From: an uncultured virus (IMG/VR IMGVR_UViG_3300025133_000076)
Taxonomy: Duplodnaviria > Heunggongvirae > Uroviricota > Caudoviricetes
DNA length: 20,000 bases
Direction: 5' to 3' (one strand)
Virus record (IMG/VR): IMGVR_UViG_3300025133_000076
A program made the translations under genes and the position numbers. Each line of letters opens with the position of its first letter. Within the stretch, counting starts at the first letter, position 1. A model generated the notes under the pieces. The model made no database searches. It saw only the letters and a list, made by a program, of their open reading frames with translations, and was not told where the DNA came from. Shown in pieces: positions 7,951 through 16,389 of the stretch.

Positions 7951-8201
7951 TGGAGAATGAAATGAATACACATAACTTATCTGAAAGAGCCTGGGGTAAT
8001 AACTACGAGATCATGAGCCTTAGTGAAGATGGGCATAAAGCATCTATCACAGGATGGAGTTCTGGTATCAAAAGCGGTGATTATTTAATCCTGCAATCTC
8101 CCGAAGGGACCACCCGGTATCAGGTCGATTCTATTAAGTATTGCAGAGATCCACAGGATATGTGGTTTGCGGAAGTATCATTTTCTCCAAGAGATAATTA
8201 A
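7950..8201 (+). CDS. Hypothetical phage protein
   Basis: 83-aa ORF, translationally coupled to the upstream gene. Confidence 0.7.
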   Translation: MENEMNTHNLSERAWGNNYEIMSLSEDGHKASITGWSSGIKSGDYLILQSPEGTTRYQVDSIKYCRDPQDMWFAEVSFSPRDN

Positions 8202-8215
8202 AACTTTCACTTCTG

Positions 8216-8235
8216 TTTCTGCACCAGCTATCGTA
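8216..8235 (+). promoter_or_regulatory. Repeated intergenic motif copy 2 (TTTCTGCACCAGCTATCGTA)
   Basis: 20/20 identical to 5470-5489; upstream of a long run of coupled small genes. Confidence 0.6.
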
Positions 8236-8251
8236 AAACAAAAGCCTCTTT

Positions 8252-8440
8252 ATGGGTCAGGAGATAATTGTGGGACCAAGATTTTTTCAAACAATAATGG
8301 GCCAGAGATTTATCGAAGGCACCATTCCGGCTGTTCTTAAGGAAATTAAGCGACTTAATGATAACTTAGAGCGGCTTAATAAAACTCTGGAAAAGACATT
8401 AAGCGAACCGTCCTGCGAAGAAGAAAAGGATGATGAATAA
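8252..8440 (+). CDS. Hypothetical protein (coiled-coil C-terminus)
   Basis: 62-aa ORF: FFQTIMGQRFIEGTIP followed by heptad-like LKEIKRLNDNLERLNKTL. Confidence 0.65.
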   Translation: MGQEIIVGPRFFQTIMGQRFIEGTIPAVLKEIKRLNDNLERLNKTLEKTLSEPSCEEEKDDE

Positions 8441-8708
8441 ACTAATGGGTCCATGTTTTGATACAGAGCTATTAGGGCTGCTAACTCCAGAGGAAGCGAT
8501 TTATATTTCCCTGCTTCTATATGAAGACTTTGGCGGCGACCCAATCAATGTTGACCCAGGAATGTTTTATGGGTCAGGTGCATATCATAAATTGTTTGAC
8601 TTTTATGCAGATGAAATGCCGTATGGAGTAGCGAAATATAGAACGGGGGAGGCGGATAAATGGATTTGTCACAGATTGCGAGAAAGATATAATGAATTAT
8701 ACTCTTAA
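8430..8708 (+). CDS. Hypothetical protein
   Basis: 92-aa ORF overlapping both neighbours; contains EMPYGVAKYRTGE. Confidence 0.7.
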   Translation: MMNKLMGPCFDTELLGLLTPEEAIYISLLLYEDFGGDPINVDPGMFYGSGAYHKLFDFYADEMPYGVAKYRTGEADKWICHRLRERYNELYS

Positions 8709-9135
8709 AAATGTAAGCGAAAATGTTGAAGCATGGTCTGAAAAGGACCCTGTTAGGCCAGAGTTAGATGCCAAATTTAAGACCGCATCTGGGAGGGAGG
8801 TATACGGGCTAATGGACGAAGAAGGCTCCTTTAAAGCCTTTTTGTGTTTGGCGTATACAGATAATGTTCCAACCAACGTAAGTGAGCTTGAGTTATTCGT
8901 CTCTTATCCCTCTTATATAGCGGTCCCATACTCAGTTTGGAGTTATCAAAAAGGGGCTGGAAAAGAAATTATAAGACAGGTTGCATTGTTGATGAAGGAT
9001 AATCCAAACGTAACTAGACTAATTACCCTGTCTCCGCTTACAGATATGGCTAGAAAGTTTCACTTAAGAAATAATGCAATAGAATTAAGTGTAAATAAAG
9101 AAACTGTAAACTTTGAATACTTTATTGGTGAATAA
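8692..9135 (+). CDS. Hypothetical phage protein, probable GNAT-like fold
   Basis: YSVWSYQKGAGKEII resembles the GNAT acetyl-CoA loop; TLSPLTDMARKFHLRNNA resembles the 'A..FY...G' motif. Confidence 0.6.
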   Translation: MNYTLKNVSENVEAWSEKDPVRPELDAKFKTASGREVYGLMDEEGSFKAFLCLAYTDNVPTNVSELELFVSYPSYIAVPYSVWSYQKGAGKEIIRQVALLMKDNPNVTRLITLSPLTDMARKFHLRNNAIELSVNKETVNFEYFIGE

Positions 9136-9140
9136 ATTAT

Positions 9141-9374
9141 ATGTTGTCATTTATATTTTCATTGATTCTATTTTCAATAGGCTTTGTATTTGGAGCGTAT
9201 TTTAAAGGACTTATGTTTGACCGTTTGGACTGGAACATGTTAACGTGGGATTCAAACATACTTGCATATAGACCCGCTAGAGTTGGAGCAATGTTACATC
9301 GGGGAGATAAAATTCTTATGGCTATCAAGGTGCCTAGTGATTCAATCCCAACAGAGGGGGTTAAGTATGAATAA
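9141..9374 (+). CDS. Small membrane-anchored hypothetical protein
   Basis: N-terminal hydrophobic helix MLSFIFSLILFSIGFVFGAYF. Confidence 0.7.
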   Translation: MLSFIFSLILFSIGFVFGAYFKGLMFDRLDWNMLTWDSNILAYRPARVGAMLHRGDKILMAIKVPSDSIPTEGVKYE

Positions 9375-9573
9375 ATACACCGTATATGTATTAGAAATTC
9401 ATCAGGTCCCAATTCAGGTAGAGGCTGTAAGCGAAAGTGACGCTATCGAAAGAGCCTTAAATTGTGAGGGGGATTGGTCGCATGATGATATGCACTTTGT
9501 AGAGTGTTGCGATACAGACGTTTGGACCGTTGAATTAATCGAGGATGGAAATAAAGATGAAGCCTCCAAGTAA
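9367..9573 (+). CDS. Small hypothetical phage protein (VEA.S..DA motif)
   Basis: Track ORF 9262..9573. ATG 9367 after GAGGGGG is the plausible start: MNKYTVYVLEIHQVPIQVEAVSESDAIERAL. Confidence 0.7.
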   Translation: MNKYTVYVLEIHQVPIQVEAVSESDAIERALNCEGDWSHDDMHFVECCDTDVWTVELIEDGNKDEASK

Positions 9574-9712
9574 AGATTCTATTGTTTTGGTTGACTACGA
9601 TGGTGGTCACACAAGATTTTATGGGTCCTTAGAAAAGGCTTTAAGATTTTTTAATTCTAATAATGATTACTGGAAGATTTTAATAAATGGTCTTATTTAT
9701 ATTCAACGTTAA
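9557..9712 (+). CDS. Small hypothetical protein (51 aa, not in the ORF track)
   Basis: MKPPSKDSIVLVDYDGGHTRFYGSLEKALRFFNSNNDYWKILINGLIYIQR*; fills the gap between neighbours. Confidence 0.55.
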   Translation: MKPPSKDSIVLVDYDGGHTRFYGSLEKALRFFNSNNDYWKILINGLIYIQR

Positions 9713-9723
9713 TTGGGGGCTAA

Positions 9724-9987
9724 ATGAGAGAGGCTGCTTATAGGGTTAGGGGCACAATATATCTTGCCGAATATAGTCATAAGCATGGCGATGATTATTC
9801 TGTTCACATAACGCATGAGGGTGCTAAAGATTGGTTTAGAGATATTGCCTCTGAATGGAAGTCAGAGTTTATTGAGGAAGGTGATCCGTTCTATTTATTT
9901 ACCACAGATGAACTGGTAAGTTATTGGCCGGAAGTAACGGGACATACTGAATTTTTTAATATTCACGAATTGGAGCTACAAAAATGA
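9724..9987 (+). CDS. Hypothetical protein
   Basis: 87-aa ORF; ATGA overlap with the ligase. Confidence 0.7.
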   Translation: MREAAYRVRGTIYLAEYSHKHGDDYSVHITHEGAKDWFRDIASEWKSEFIEEGDPFYLFTTDELVSYWPEVTGHTEFFNIHELELQK

Positions 9988-11111
9988 GTTTACCAACATT
10001 ATACGGAAAGTCAACTAATGGAAAGATTAAGGAGTGGAATATCTCGGTCCTCCAGATGGGCGATGGAGCCTGTTATATCGAGACTAAGCATGGTTATGAG
10101 GACGGCAAGAAGCAACTTGACCAACGCTATATTGGAGAGGGCAAAAACCTCGGTAAAGCTAACGAAACCTCTCCCTACGAACAGGCATGTTCTGAAGCTC
10201 AATCTGCACATAGTCGTAAAAAAGACTCAGGATATGTAGAGGATAAGAATAAAATCCCCTCGGCATCTGATGGCTTATTTCTCCCCATGTTGGCACATCG
10301 TTATGACAAGCATAGTGCAAAGATCAACTTCCCCTGCTTGGTTCAGCCGAAACTAGATGGGGTTCGTATGCTTGCTAGAAAGAACAATGGAATAGTAACT
10401 ATGTGGTCCCGCAAGGGAAAGGTTATTGACATTCCAGATAAGATTAATTCTCAATTATGTGAAATGCTTAATGACGGACAGTGTACTGATGGCGAACTAT
10501 ATGTTCATGGCTGGACCTTCCAGAGAATTATCTCTGCCGTAAAAAAGAAACGGGATGATACAGATCTTCTTGAGTATCATATTTATGACTCTCCGCACCC
10601 CACTCTTGCCTTTGAAATGAGGCTTCCGCAAAAAGGAATTGGAGCAACAATGTTCCCGCCTCATTGTCAAGGATGGACAATCATTGGAAAGAATATTAAG
10701 TTTATATCCACATATGATGCTGCTGACCAAATAGAGTTTGATATGTACGAAGGAATGATGGTTCAACAGGGTTACGAAGGAATGATGGTTCGTAACCAAA
10801 GCAGCCTATATAAGTACAAGCATCGTTCATATGATTTGCAAAAAGTAAAGAGATTTATTGATGATGAATTTGAAATAATAGGAGGCAAAGATGGGTCTGG
10901 CAGAGAGTCTGGACTGGTTGTGTTCCGCTGCGTTACTGGTGGTGGGCTTGAGTTTGATGTTAGACCAAAAGGGACCCACGAAGTAAGGGCGGAAATCTTC
11001 AAGAACTTAAGCAAGTATATAGGAAAGAGTTTAACGGTTAGATATCAAGAACTTACGGATGATGGTAGGCCGAGATTCCCGGTTGGCATCGCTGTAAGAG
11101 ACTACGAATAA
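9984..11111 (+). CDS. ATP-dependent DNA ligase (phage type, with N-terminal extension)
   Basis: Motif I QPKLDGVR, motif III DGELY, IIIa YHIYD, IV YEGMMVR, V LQKVK, and OB-domain motif VI DGRPRFPV. Confidence 0.95.
   Translation: MSLPTLYGKSTNGKIKEWNISVLQMGDGACYIETKHGYEDGKKQLDQRYIGEGKNLGKANETSPYEQACSEAQSAHSRKKDSGYVEDKNKIPSASDGLFLPMLAHRYDKHSAKINFPCLVQPKLDGVRMLARKNNGIVTMWSRKGKVIDIPDKINSQLCEMLNDGQCTDGELYVHGWTFQRIISAVKKKRDDTDLLEYHIYDSPHPTLAFEMRLPQKGIGATMFPPHCQGWTIIGKNIKFISTYDAADQIEFDMYEGMMVQQGYEGMMVRNQSSLYKYKHRSYDLQKVKRFIDDEFEIIGGKDGSGRESGLVVFRCVTGGGLEFDVRPKGTHEVRAEIFKNLSKYIGKSLTVRYQELTDDGRPRFPVGIAVRDYE
10746..10791 (+). repeat. 19-nt direct repeat, 27-nt period, inside the ligase
   Basis: TACGAAGGAATGATGGTTC at 10746-10764 and 10773-10791 (YEGMMVQQGYEGMMVR). 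Confidence 0.85.
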
Positions 11112-11115
11112 AGGG

Positions 11116-11313
11116 GTGAATATGCAAGATCATACAGAAGTAATTATACAGTCATTAATGCAGGACATAGAACAACTGAAGGAGCATTTGCAAATGCAGC
11201 AAATGATGATTTTTCAAATCATTGAGGCATTAGCAGCAGCCGAGATCATATCTATAGAAGAGGATGAGGAAGGGTCAGGGAAAGAGCCGGAAAGCAAGCT
11301 TATCCTTCCATAG
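11116..11313 (+). CDS. Hypothetical coiled-coil protein
   Basis: 65-aa ORF directly after the ligase. Confidence 0.6.
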   Translation: MNMQDHTEVIIQSLMQDIEQLKEHLQMQQMMIFQIIEALAAAEIISIEEDEEGSGKEPESKLILP

Positions 11314-11328
11314 TGAATTCAAAATACA

Positions 11329-11631
11329 ATGACATTTGAAATAAAAAAAACGTTTATCGCCTCAACCTCCCATACTATTCCGGGTGATTTTGGCCTTTTA
11401 GATGAAGCCCAAATTCTAACAGAGTCATATGAATATGGAACAAGAGTTTATTTGTGCACGGAATACGGTTGTGAGCCAGATATAGAGACGATTATTGACC
11501 GTGTTTCTAGATTTTCATTTAGCGAAGGACTCAAATTACTTGTGCTCTTTGCAGTATCATCTGACTGTAGCTGGCTAGAGTTAGATTCAGACGGACCTAT
11601 ATATGAGGAGTTTCCAGAGTATGAATGGTAA
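11329..11631 (+). CDS. Hypothetical protein
   Basis: 100-aa ORF with STSH..YEYG..CSWLELDSDGP..YEW. Confidence 0.75.
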   Translation: MTFEIKKTFIASTSHTIPGDFGLLDEAQILTESYEYGTRVYLCTEYGCEPDIETIIDRVSRFSFSEGLKLLVLFAVSSDCSWLELDSDGPIYEEFPEYEW

Positions 11632-11887
11632 TGTGTGTTGTTTTGAAGCGTCTGGCCGAGGAGCCTTTCCGCATGAACTTTTGGCAAATCAAATGTGTTT
11701 TCCGGCATCAAAAAGAGATGCTATTAGTGCGTTTGATTATACGGGGTCAGGCAGGACTATAACGATGAAGGGGCTTGAGCCTCCTAGTCGCAACCTATGG
11801 CTTAGTTACGGATGGACTATTCGTATGATATCTGGGTTCGGTCCACTTAATGAAGATTATACCAAGTATCATACTTGGCCATGTTAA
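11621..11887 (+). CDS. Hypothetical phage protein
   Basis: Track ORF 11603..11887; ATG 11621 after GAGGAG-rich sequence preferred. Contains FEASGRGAFPHELL..CFPA. Confidence 0.65.
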   Translation: MNGNVCCFEASGRGAFPHELLANQMCFPASKRDAISAFDYTGSGRTITMKGLEPPSRNLWLSYGWTIRMISGFGPLNEDYTKYHTWPC

Positions 11888-11913
11888 CTTGAGAAGGAGG
11901 CGGCTCATGCCGA

Positions 11914-12276
11914 GTGTACTATCCAACTAAAGCAAGGGAGATTGCTTTGAATAATAACCAAGGATTTCATCTTGCAGCTTGGGCAAAGCGTGGAGGGTCC
12001 ACTGTCTATGGGACCAATACAGAAAGGTGCTCTGCAAGATTCAAAAGGACCCATCCAGATGGATCTAAGGGGTTTCATCTTCACGCAGAAATGGACTTGA
12101 TAAGAAGGTTTGCTCCTGGCTCTATTAGCGAAATTAAAGTTATTAGATTTTTAAAAAAAGGTGATGTAACAATGTCTAAGCCATGCACCTTTTGCCAAAA
12201 GTTTTTACGATTGCATGGCATCAGAAAAGTTAGATTTACAAATTGGAAAGGACAATGGCAAACGATGTATCTTTAA
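11914..12276 (+). CDS. Zn-dependent cytidine/deoxycytidylate deaminase-superfamily protein
   Basis: HAE (LHAEMDLI) and PCxxC (SKPCTFCQ) motifs. GTG start downstream of AGGAGG. Confidence 0.85.
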   Translation: MYYPTKAREIALNNNQGFHLAAWAKRGGSTVYGTNTERCSARFKRTHPDGSKGFHLHAEMDLIRRFAPGSISEIKVIRFLKKGDVTMSKPCTFCQKFLRLHGIRKVRFTNWKGQWQTMYL

Positions 12277-12308
12277 CTACTAATTATATCTATAAATATG
12301 AGGGAAAT

Positions 12309-12650
12309 ATGAAGTGGAAATACGCCATGATATCAATAGAGCATGAATCTATTGATCCAGGATACTGCGAGCTTGTAGAGCTTTTCTTTTCAGAGGGGGA
12401 GGATAAACCTCTTGGCTTTTGTAAAGCCAGGGTACATTCTTTGGACGAATTAGAAAGAGCGTTAGAGGATGTGAGGGCCGATGGTATAATATCATACTTT
12501 TCTAAGCATGGAAGCTTCTCAAGAAATAGTGACGATAATTTTTGGGACTGGAATATAGATGATAGATACTTAGATAAATCTCTGGCAAATTGTGATATAG
12601 ATTCTTATGAAGATGAAATTGAGCTATATACAGTTTATGGTGGAGACTAA
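12309..12650 (+). CDS. Hypothetical protein
   Basis: Track ORF 12243..12650; ATG 12309 after GAGGG preferred. Confidence 0.7.
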   Translation: MKWKYAMISIEHESIDPGYCELVELFFSEGEDKPLGFCKARVHSLDELERALEDVRADGIISYFSKHGSFSRNSDDNFWDWNIDDRYLDKSLANCDIDSYEDEIELYTVYGGD

Positions 12651-12667
12651 CTGCTTCATAAGGCTTT

Positions 12668-12874
12668 ATGATAAAAACTTTTTTTAATTTAGTAAAAAAC
12701 AGAGTGTTCTTAATAGCATTATGTATTATAAATACTATAATATTTTTATTTGCTTTCGCTATGGACAATATAGATTTAATGCTCTTGGCAGTAGCGTCTT
12801 ATGCGTCAGTGCTATTGGGCCTTGAATACAATAGGGATTTCCCAAATGACGAAGAAGAAGAAGATATCTTATAA
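12668..12874 (+). CDS. Small two-TM membrane protein
   Basis: Two hydrophobic segments (VFLIALCIINTIIFLFAFAM; LMLLAVASYASVLLGL) and an acidic tail. Confidence 0.7.
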   Translation: MIKTFFNLVKNRVFLIALCIINTIIFLFAFAMDNIDLMLLAVASYASVLLGLEYNRDFPNDEEEEDIL

Positions 12875-13154
12875 AATTGGAGATATTTTAGAAGTAGAAT
12901 CTTTTGCAGGACCAAAGGTTTATAAGCGAGTTACAGAGCTGGCAAACAATACGACAAAGTATAAATCTAAGCATCTTGGTACCATTACCGTAAAAGGATT
13001 CTGGGGCTCTCTGACAAGGCGGAAAGACTTACAGGCTTTGAAAAAGAATTGCGTCCCATATACGGGGAAAGAAAAGCTGTCTAAAACCAGAAGCTTTTCG
13101 TATGATTGGCAAATATTACGAGTTGTAAAAAAAGCAAAAAGTGGTAAAAAATGA
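12846..13154 (+). CDS. Basic hypothetical protein
   Basis: Track ORF 12801..13154; ATG 12846 preferred. Lys-rich. Confidence 0.7.
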   Translation: MTKKKKISYKIGDILEVESFAGPKVYKRVTELANNTTKYKSKHLGTITVKGFWGSLTRRKDLQALKKNCVPYTGKEKLSKTRSFSYDWQILRVVKKAKSGKK

Positions 13155-13376
13155 AAAGAATATATAAGGCTCAATTATCCCAATACATTAGAGAGTATAA
13201 TGATATATGTTGAGGCAGAAACCATAGACGACGCCGCCTTAGCCGCGATAGAGGCAATGGGTTGAATTGAAATGGGAAAGGATAAGGGATTTAAGACTAA
13301 GGGTGGAACGCCTATTGTCATTGGGCCAGTTCCGGCCAGCGTCCCCGAAGAGCAAATTTATAAAAGGAAAGAATAA
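13151..13376 (+). pseudogene. Frameshifted small gene (VEAET..DA family) or sequencing-error region
   Basis: MKRIYKAQLSQYIREYNDI continues in another frame as YVEAETIDDAALAAIEAM; a further in-frame TGA precedes DKGFKTKGGTPIVIGPVPASVPEEQIYKRKE*. ATGA and TAATG overlaps at both ends. Confidence 0.5.
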
Positions 13377-13807
13377 TGGGTGCTGATTTTGTATGCGCTG
13401 TTTGTCCGTTGCCGGAAATTACAGATAAAATTATAAAAGAAATAAATTTAAGAATTTCTAATATCAAAAAGAATACCATTAATAATCTTCTAAACACATA
13501 TCACTATGATTGGGAAAGCGATCTTAATGAACGAATTGAGGAAAAATTTGGAGAAGAACATTTGTTTGAACTGGACGATATAAGGAATACCTTCAAAAAA
13601 GAAATGGCCCAAGGCCTTATAGAAAACGCCTTAGAGGAGGTTATATACACTCCGGACCGGAGGGATACGGGGCATATGTTTTTAGACCATAGATGGTGGA
13701 TAATATCCGGAGGTATGTCTTGGGGCGAAACGCCAACAGAAGCTATGCAGCATATTGATATTATCGAAGAATCAGGAATTCTTCTTGGATTAAATTATAA
13801 AGAGTAA
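13376..13807 (+). CDS. Hypothetical phage protein
   Basis: 143-aa ORF beginning MGADF, with motif SGGMSWGETPTEA. Confidence 0.75.
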   Translation: MGADFVCAVCPLPEITDKIIKEINLRISNIKKNTINNLLNTYHYDWESDLNERIEEKFGEEHLFELDDIRNTFKKEMAQGLIENALEEVIYTPDRRDTGHMFLDHRWWIISGGMSWGETPTEAMQHIDIIEESGILLGLNYKE

Positions 13808-13946
13808 AAAAGTTGATGTTGTATTTGGGACAAATGAATCTTGCAGCGAAAGTATTGGCGCAAAATAATTATATGTAAAATATATTGGCACCTTGAGAGG
13901 CGTGCGTATATTATAAATTGCCCACCACAAAGGACGGGCGTACTTT

Positions 13947-14147
13947 ATGACTAACTTAATATTTAGGGCAACACGCAAATGTTATGGATTTGAGTGGGAG
14001 TCTTATCAAACCCGTGATGATAAAAGTTATGTGGCAATTTGCCATACATTCTCTGGGTCTGTTGCGTCTAAAACATGGGACGGATTATGGGAGGAAATAC
14101 TTAAGGCTTCTAAGGCTAGAAGGAAATTTGAGAGAAAAAAGCGATAA
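13947..14147 (+). CDS. Small hypothetical protein
   Basis: 66-aa ORF; YVAICHTFSGSVASKTWDGLWEEI is faintly HicB-N-terminal-like. Confidence 0.55.
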   Translation: MTNLIFRATRKCYGFEWESYQTRDDKSYVAICHTFSGSVASKTWDGLWEEILKASKARRKFERKKR

Positions 14148-14178
14148 AGCTATAATTAGGAGGTAGCAGAAAGCAATT

Positions 14179-14397
14179 ATGAAACCGCAAAGCGCAGGGG
14201 GCTTTCGACCCCCAACAGGCAAAGGCTCTGATGATATAGTGATTAAAGATACCGATGTAAATGATCAAGACTATCAGCATGATGAGTATGACGACAGTTG
14301 GGATTATCTTTATGATGATATTGATAATCAAAAATATAACAATAAGCTTAGGCGGTCGGAGAGAAAAGAGGATAGAAAGAATAATAAATACAATTAA
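14179..14397 (+). CDS. Small hypothetical protein (acidic middle, basic tail)
   Basis: 72-aa ORF with AGGAGG upstream. Confidence 0.55.
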   Translation: MKPQSAGGFRPPTGKGSDDIVIKDTDVNDQDYQHDEYDDSWDYLYDDIDNQKYNNKLRRSERKEDRKNNKYN

Positions 14398-14411
14398 ACA
14401 TTGGAGATTTG

Positions 14412-15257
14412 ATGGAATCGTATGACGTTATAAGCAGAGCTATTAAAGATAACCCAATCCTGCCTCATTCTAAACAGCTTAATTTAGTTAAGCTATGGCA
14501 GAATACAGCAAATAAAGATGCTCTAGATAAATTAGTGCTTTCTAATATGAGGGCCGTAACAAAGGAGGCTTCAAGAATAAAGAGTAAAAATCATTATCTA
14601 TCATATGATGATTTAATTCAAGAAGGCATTGCTGGGCTATTAAAGGCCGCAGATATGTTTGATGTAAAGCAAGAGGTTAACTTCTTAACGTATGCAATGT
14701 GGTGGATCAAAGCCAACATGAGAAAGCATGTTATGAGTTATAGGTCAGTGGTTAAGATGGGCACTACGAGAGATGATAGAGTTTTATTTTCCAATTTGTC
14801 AAAGGCACTACGAGAGGCCGAAGAGTTGGGCGTAAATGGTGAAATGAAGTTCGATTTTGTTGCGAAACACCTTGGGGTAAGTAAGGCTTCCGTAAGCCAA
14901 ATGGCAATTACCCTAAAAGGCTTTGACACAAGGCTTGATGCTCCCATAAGAAATGAGGAAGGGAATGAGGTACGAAGAATTAACTTGATTGAAGATGAAT
15001 CATTTTCAGAAGATATATTTTTAGAAGCTAATGAAAATGAATTATTATCGTCTATCCTAAGGACCATTACAAATGATCTTCCGAATGACGAAAAGACTAT
15101 AATAGAAAATCGGTTTTTATCAGAAGACACAAAGACCTTAAGGGAGCTGGCAAAAGAAATGAAAATCTCAAGAGAATGGGTCAGAAAGTTAGAGTTAAAA
15201 GCTTTGGGTCGAATTAAAAAAAGACTTGCTACTCAATATGGTATAAGAGAGGCTTAA
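14412..15257 (+). CDS. RNA polymerase sigma factor, sigma70 family, RpoH/sigma32-like
   Basis: Region 2 DLIQEGIAGLLKAADMFD..FLTYAMWWIKA. RpoH-box-like VVKMGTTRDDRVLFSNL. Region 4 TLRELAKEMKISREWVRKLE. Confidence 0.93.
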   Translation: MESYDVISRAIKDNPILPHSKQLNLVKLWQNTANKDALDKLVLSNMRAVTKEASRIKSKNHYLSYDDLIQEGIAGLLKAADMFDVKQEVNFLTYAMWWIKANMRKHVMSYRSVVKMGTTRDDRVLFSNLSKALREAEELGVNGEMKFDFVAKHLGVSKASVSQMAITLKGFDTRLDAPIRNEEGNEVRRINLIEDESFSEDIFLEANENELLSSILRTITNDLPNDEKTIIENRFLSEDTKTLRELAKEMKISREWVRKLELKALGRIKKRLATQYGIREA

Positions 15258-15260
15258 TAG

Positions 15261-15452
15261 ATGTATAATAATAATCCAACGTCTCTTGATAGCATTAAGA
15301 AGTATATAACCTTATGCAAAAATGAGGTAAGAAATCCCAGAAATGACGGATGGGTTCAGTCTGGATATCTTGCTGAAATAGAAGAAATTTTTAATGAAGC
15401 AGAAAAAGCTCTTTTAGAGTGCAGAAAAAATGAATACATTACGAGAAAATAG
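15261..15452 (+). CDS. Hypothetical protein
   Basis: 63-aa ORF with NPRNDGWVQ. Confidence 0.65.
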   Translation: MYNNNPTSLDSIKKYITLCKNEVRNPRNDGWVQSGYLAEIEEIFNEAEKALLECRKNEYITRK

Positions 15453-15464
15453 TATCATATAATA

Positions 15465-15647
15465 ATGGGCAATAAAACCGACGAATATTATAAGAAGTAT
15501 AGGTATTTGATTTGGCGCGATGATGTTGGCTTCCTTGAGCTTGAAAACTTCTCCATGGAAGACCTTGAGCAATTTGCCAAAAGCATAGCTTTGCAGATTG
15601 AAAAGGTAAAAGAGAAAGCGGAATATATTACTATTCCTAGTTCTTAG
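15465..15647 (+). CDS. Hypothetical protein
   Basis: 60-aa ORF in a co-directional run. Confidence 0.6.
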   Translation: MGNKTDEYYKKYRYLIWRDDVGFLELENFSMEDLEQFAKSIALQIEKVKEKAEYITIPSS

Positions 15648-15658
15648 CAGAGGTTATT

Positions 15659-15988
15659 ATGGAAACTATCTACGAGTTAATCTGTTTGGCTCAAAAATTA
15701 GATGAATTGGGTCTGATAAAAGAGGCCGATTTATTAGATGATATAGCAGAGAAAATGATAATAAAAAATGCTCATGATGATATTGATTTAGAGCTACTGG
15801 CTCAATCATTACGAAAATACTTAGACGAAGGGCTTTCTTTGGAGGAGGCTATGAATAAGGCTGTAAGTGATTTTGAAGAACTAGAATTGGAAGGAGCATC
15901 GTTTGAAGCTTCGCCAGCAGAAAAGGCAAAGGCGAAAAGCTATGTCCCATTGCAAATTTCAGAAATGTTTTCGCCCGTTTCTGAATAA
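15659..15988 (+). CDS. Acidic hypothetical protein with N-terminal shared helical module (ELICLAQKLDELGLIKEADLLDDI..IIKNA)
   Basis: 109-aa ORF with GAGG SD; carries the module shared with ORFs 789, 3834 and 18358. Confidence 0.8.
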   Translation: METIYELICLAQKLDELGLIKEADLLDDIAEKMIIKNAHDDIDLELLAQSLRKYLDEGLSLEEAMNKAVSDFEELELEGASFEASPAEKAKAKSYVPLQISEMFSPVSE

Positions 15989-16017
15989 TCCACAACATTA
16001 AACCCAGGGGTTTCTCA

Positions 16018-16359
16018 ATGAAATATATAAACGTATACCTAAACAAGAGGGGGTTTTGGGCGGCGTCCTTATGCCGTGGCACACAAGAGATTGATTCTAT
16101 TGGCGGGTCTTATCCCAAGTCAAATAGCGCATCACTAGATGCCCAATCAAAATGGGGCAGGGACCTTGAAGTGAAAACAAGTTATGGGCCTATGTTTATT
16201 TCAAATGAATTAAAAGAAAGAATTGTAAGCCTTATTAACGAAGGAGCGACTACCCAAGATATTGCAGATAGATTTAATATAAAACAATCCAACATTAAGG
16301 CTATAAAGGCTCATACTACCAGAGGGACCTACTTTGATAAATATAAGGGATCAGTATAA
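16018..16359 (+). CDS. Hypothetical protein with C-terminal helix-turn-helix
   Basis: LKERIVSLINEGATTQDIADRFNIKQSNIKAI fits an HTH pattern. Confidence 0.7.
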   Translation: MKYINVYLNKRGFWAASLCRGTQEIDSIGGSYPKSNSASLDAQSKWGRDLEVKTSYGPMFISNELKERIVSLINEGATTQDIADRFNIKQSNIKAIKAHTTRGTYFDKYKGSV

Positions 16360-16389
16360 CAATTAATCATAATTAAGATCAGAGGAAAC

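Noticed and set aside
13808..13946. Possible small gene between ORFs 13376 and 13947
   Set aside because: Only short open fragments in different frames, without a clear start or motif.
14165..14230. Small hairpins (CGC-AAA-GCG; GGGGG-CTTTCGA-CCCCC) as a riboswitch or ncRNA
   Set aside because: Stems are short, lie mostly within a plausible ORF with an SD, and match no motif I recognise.
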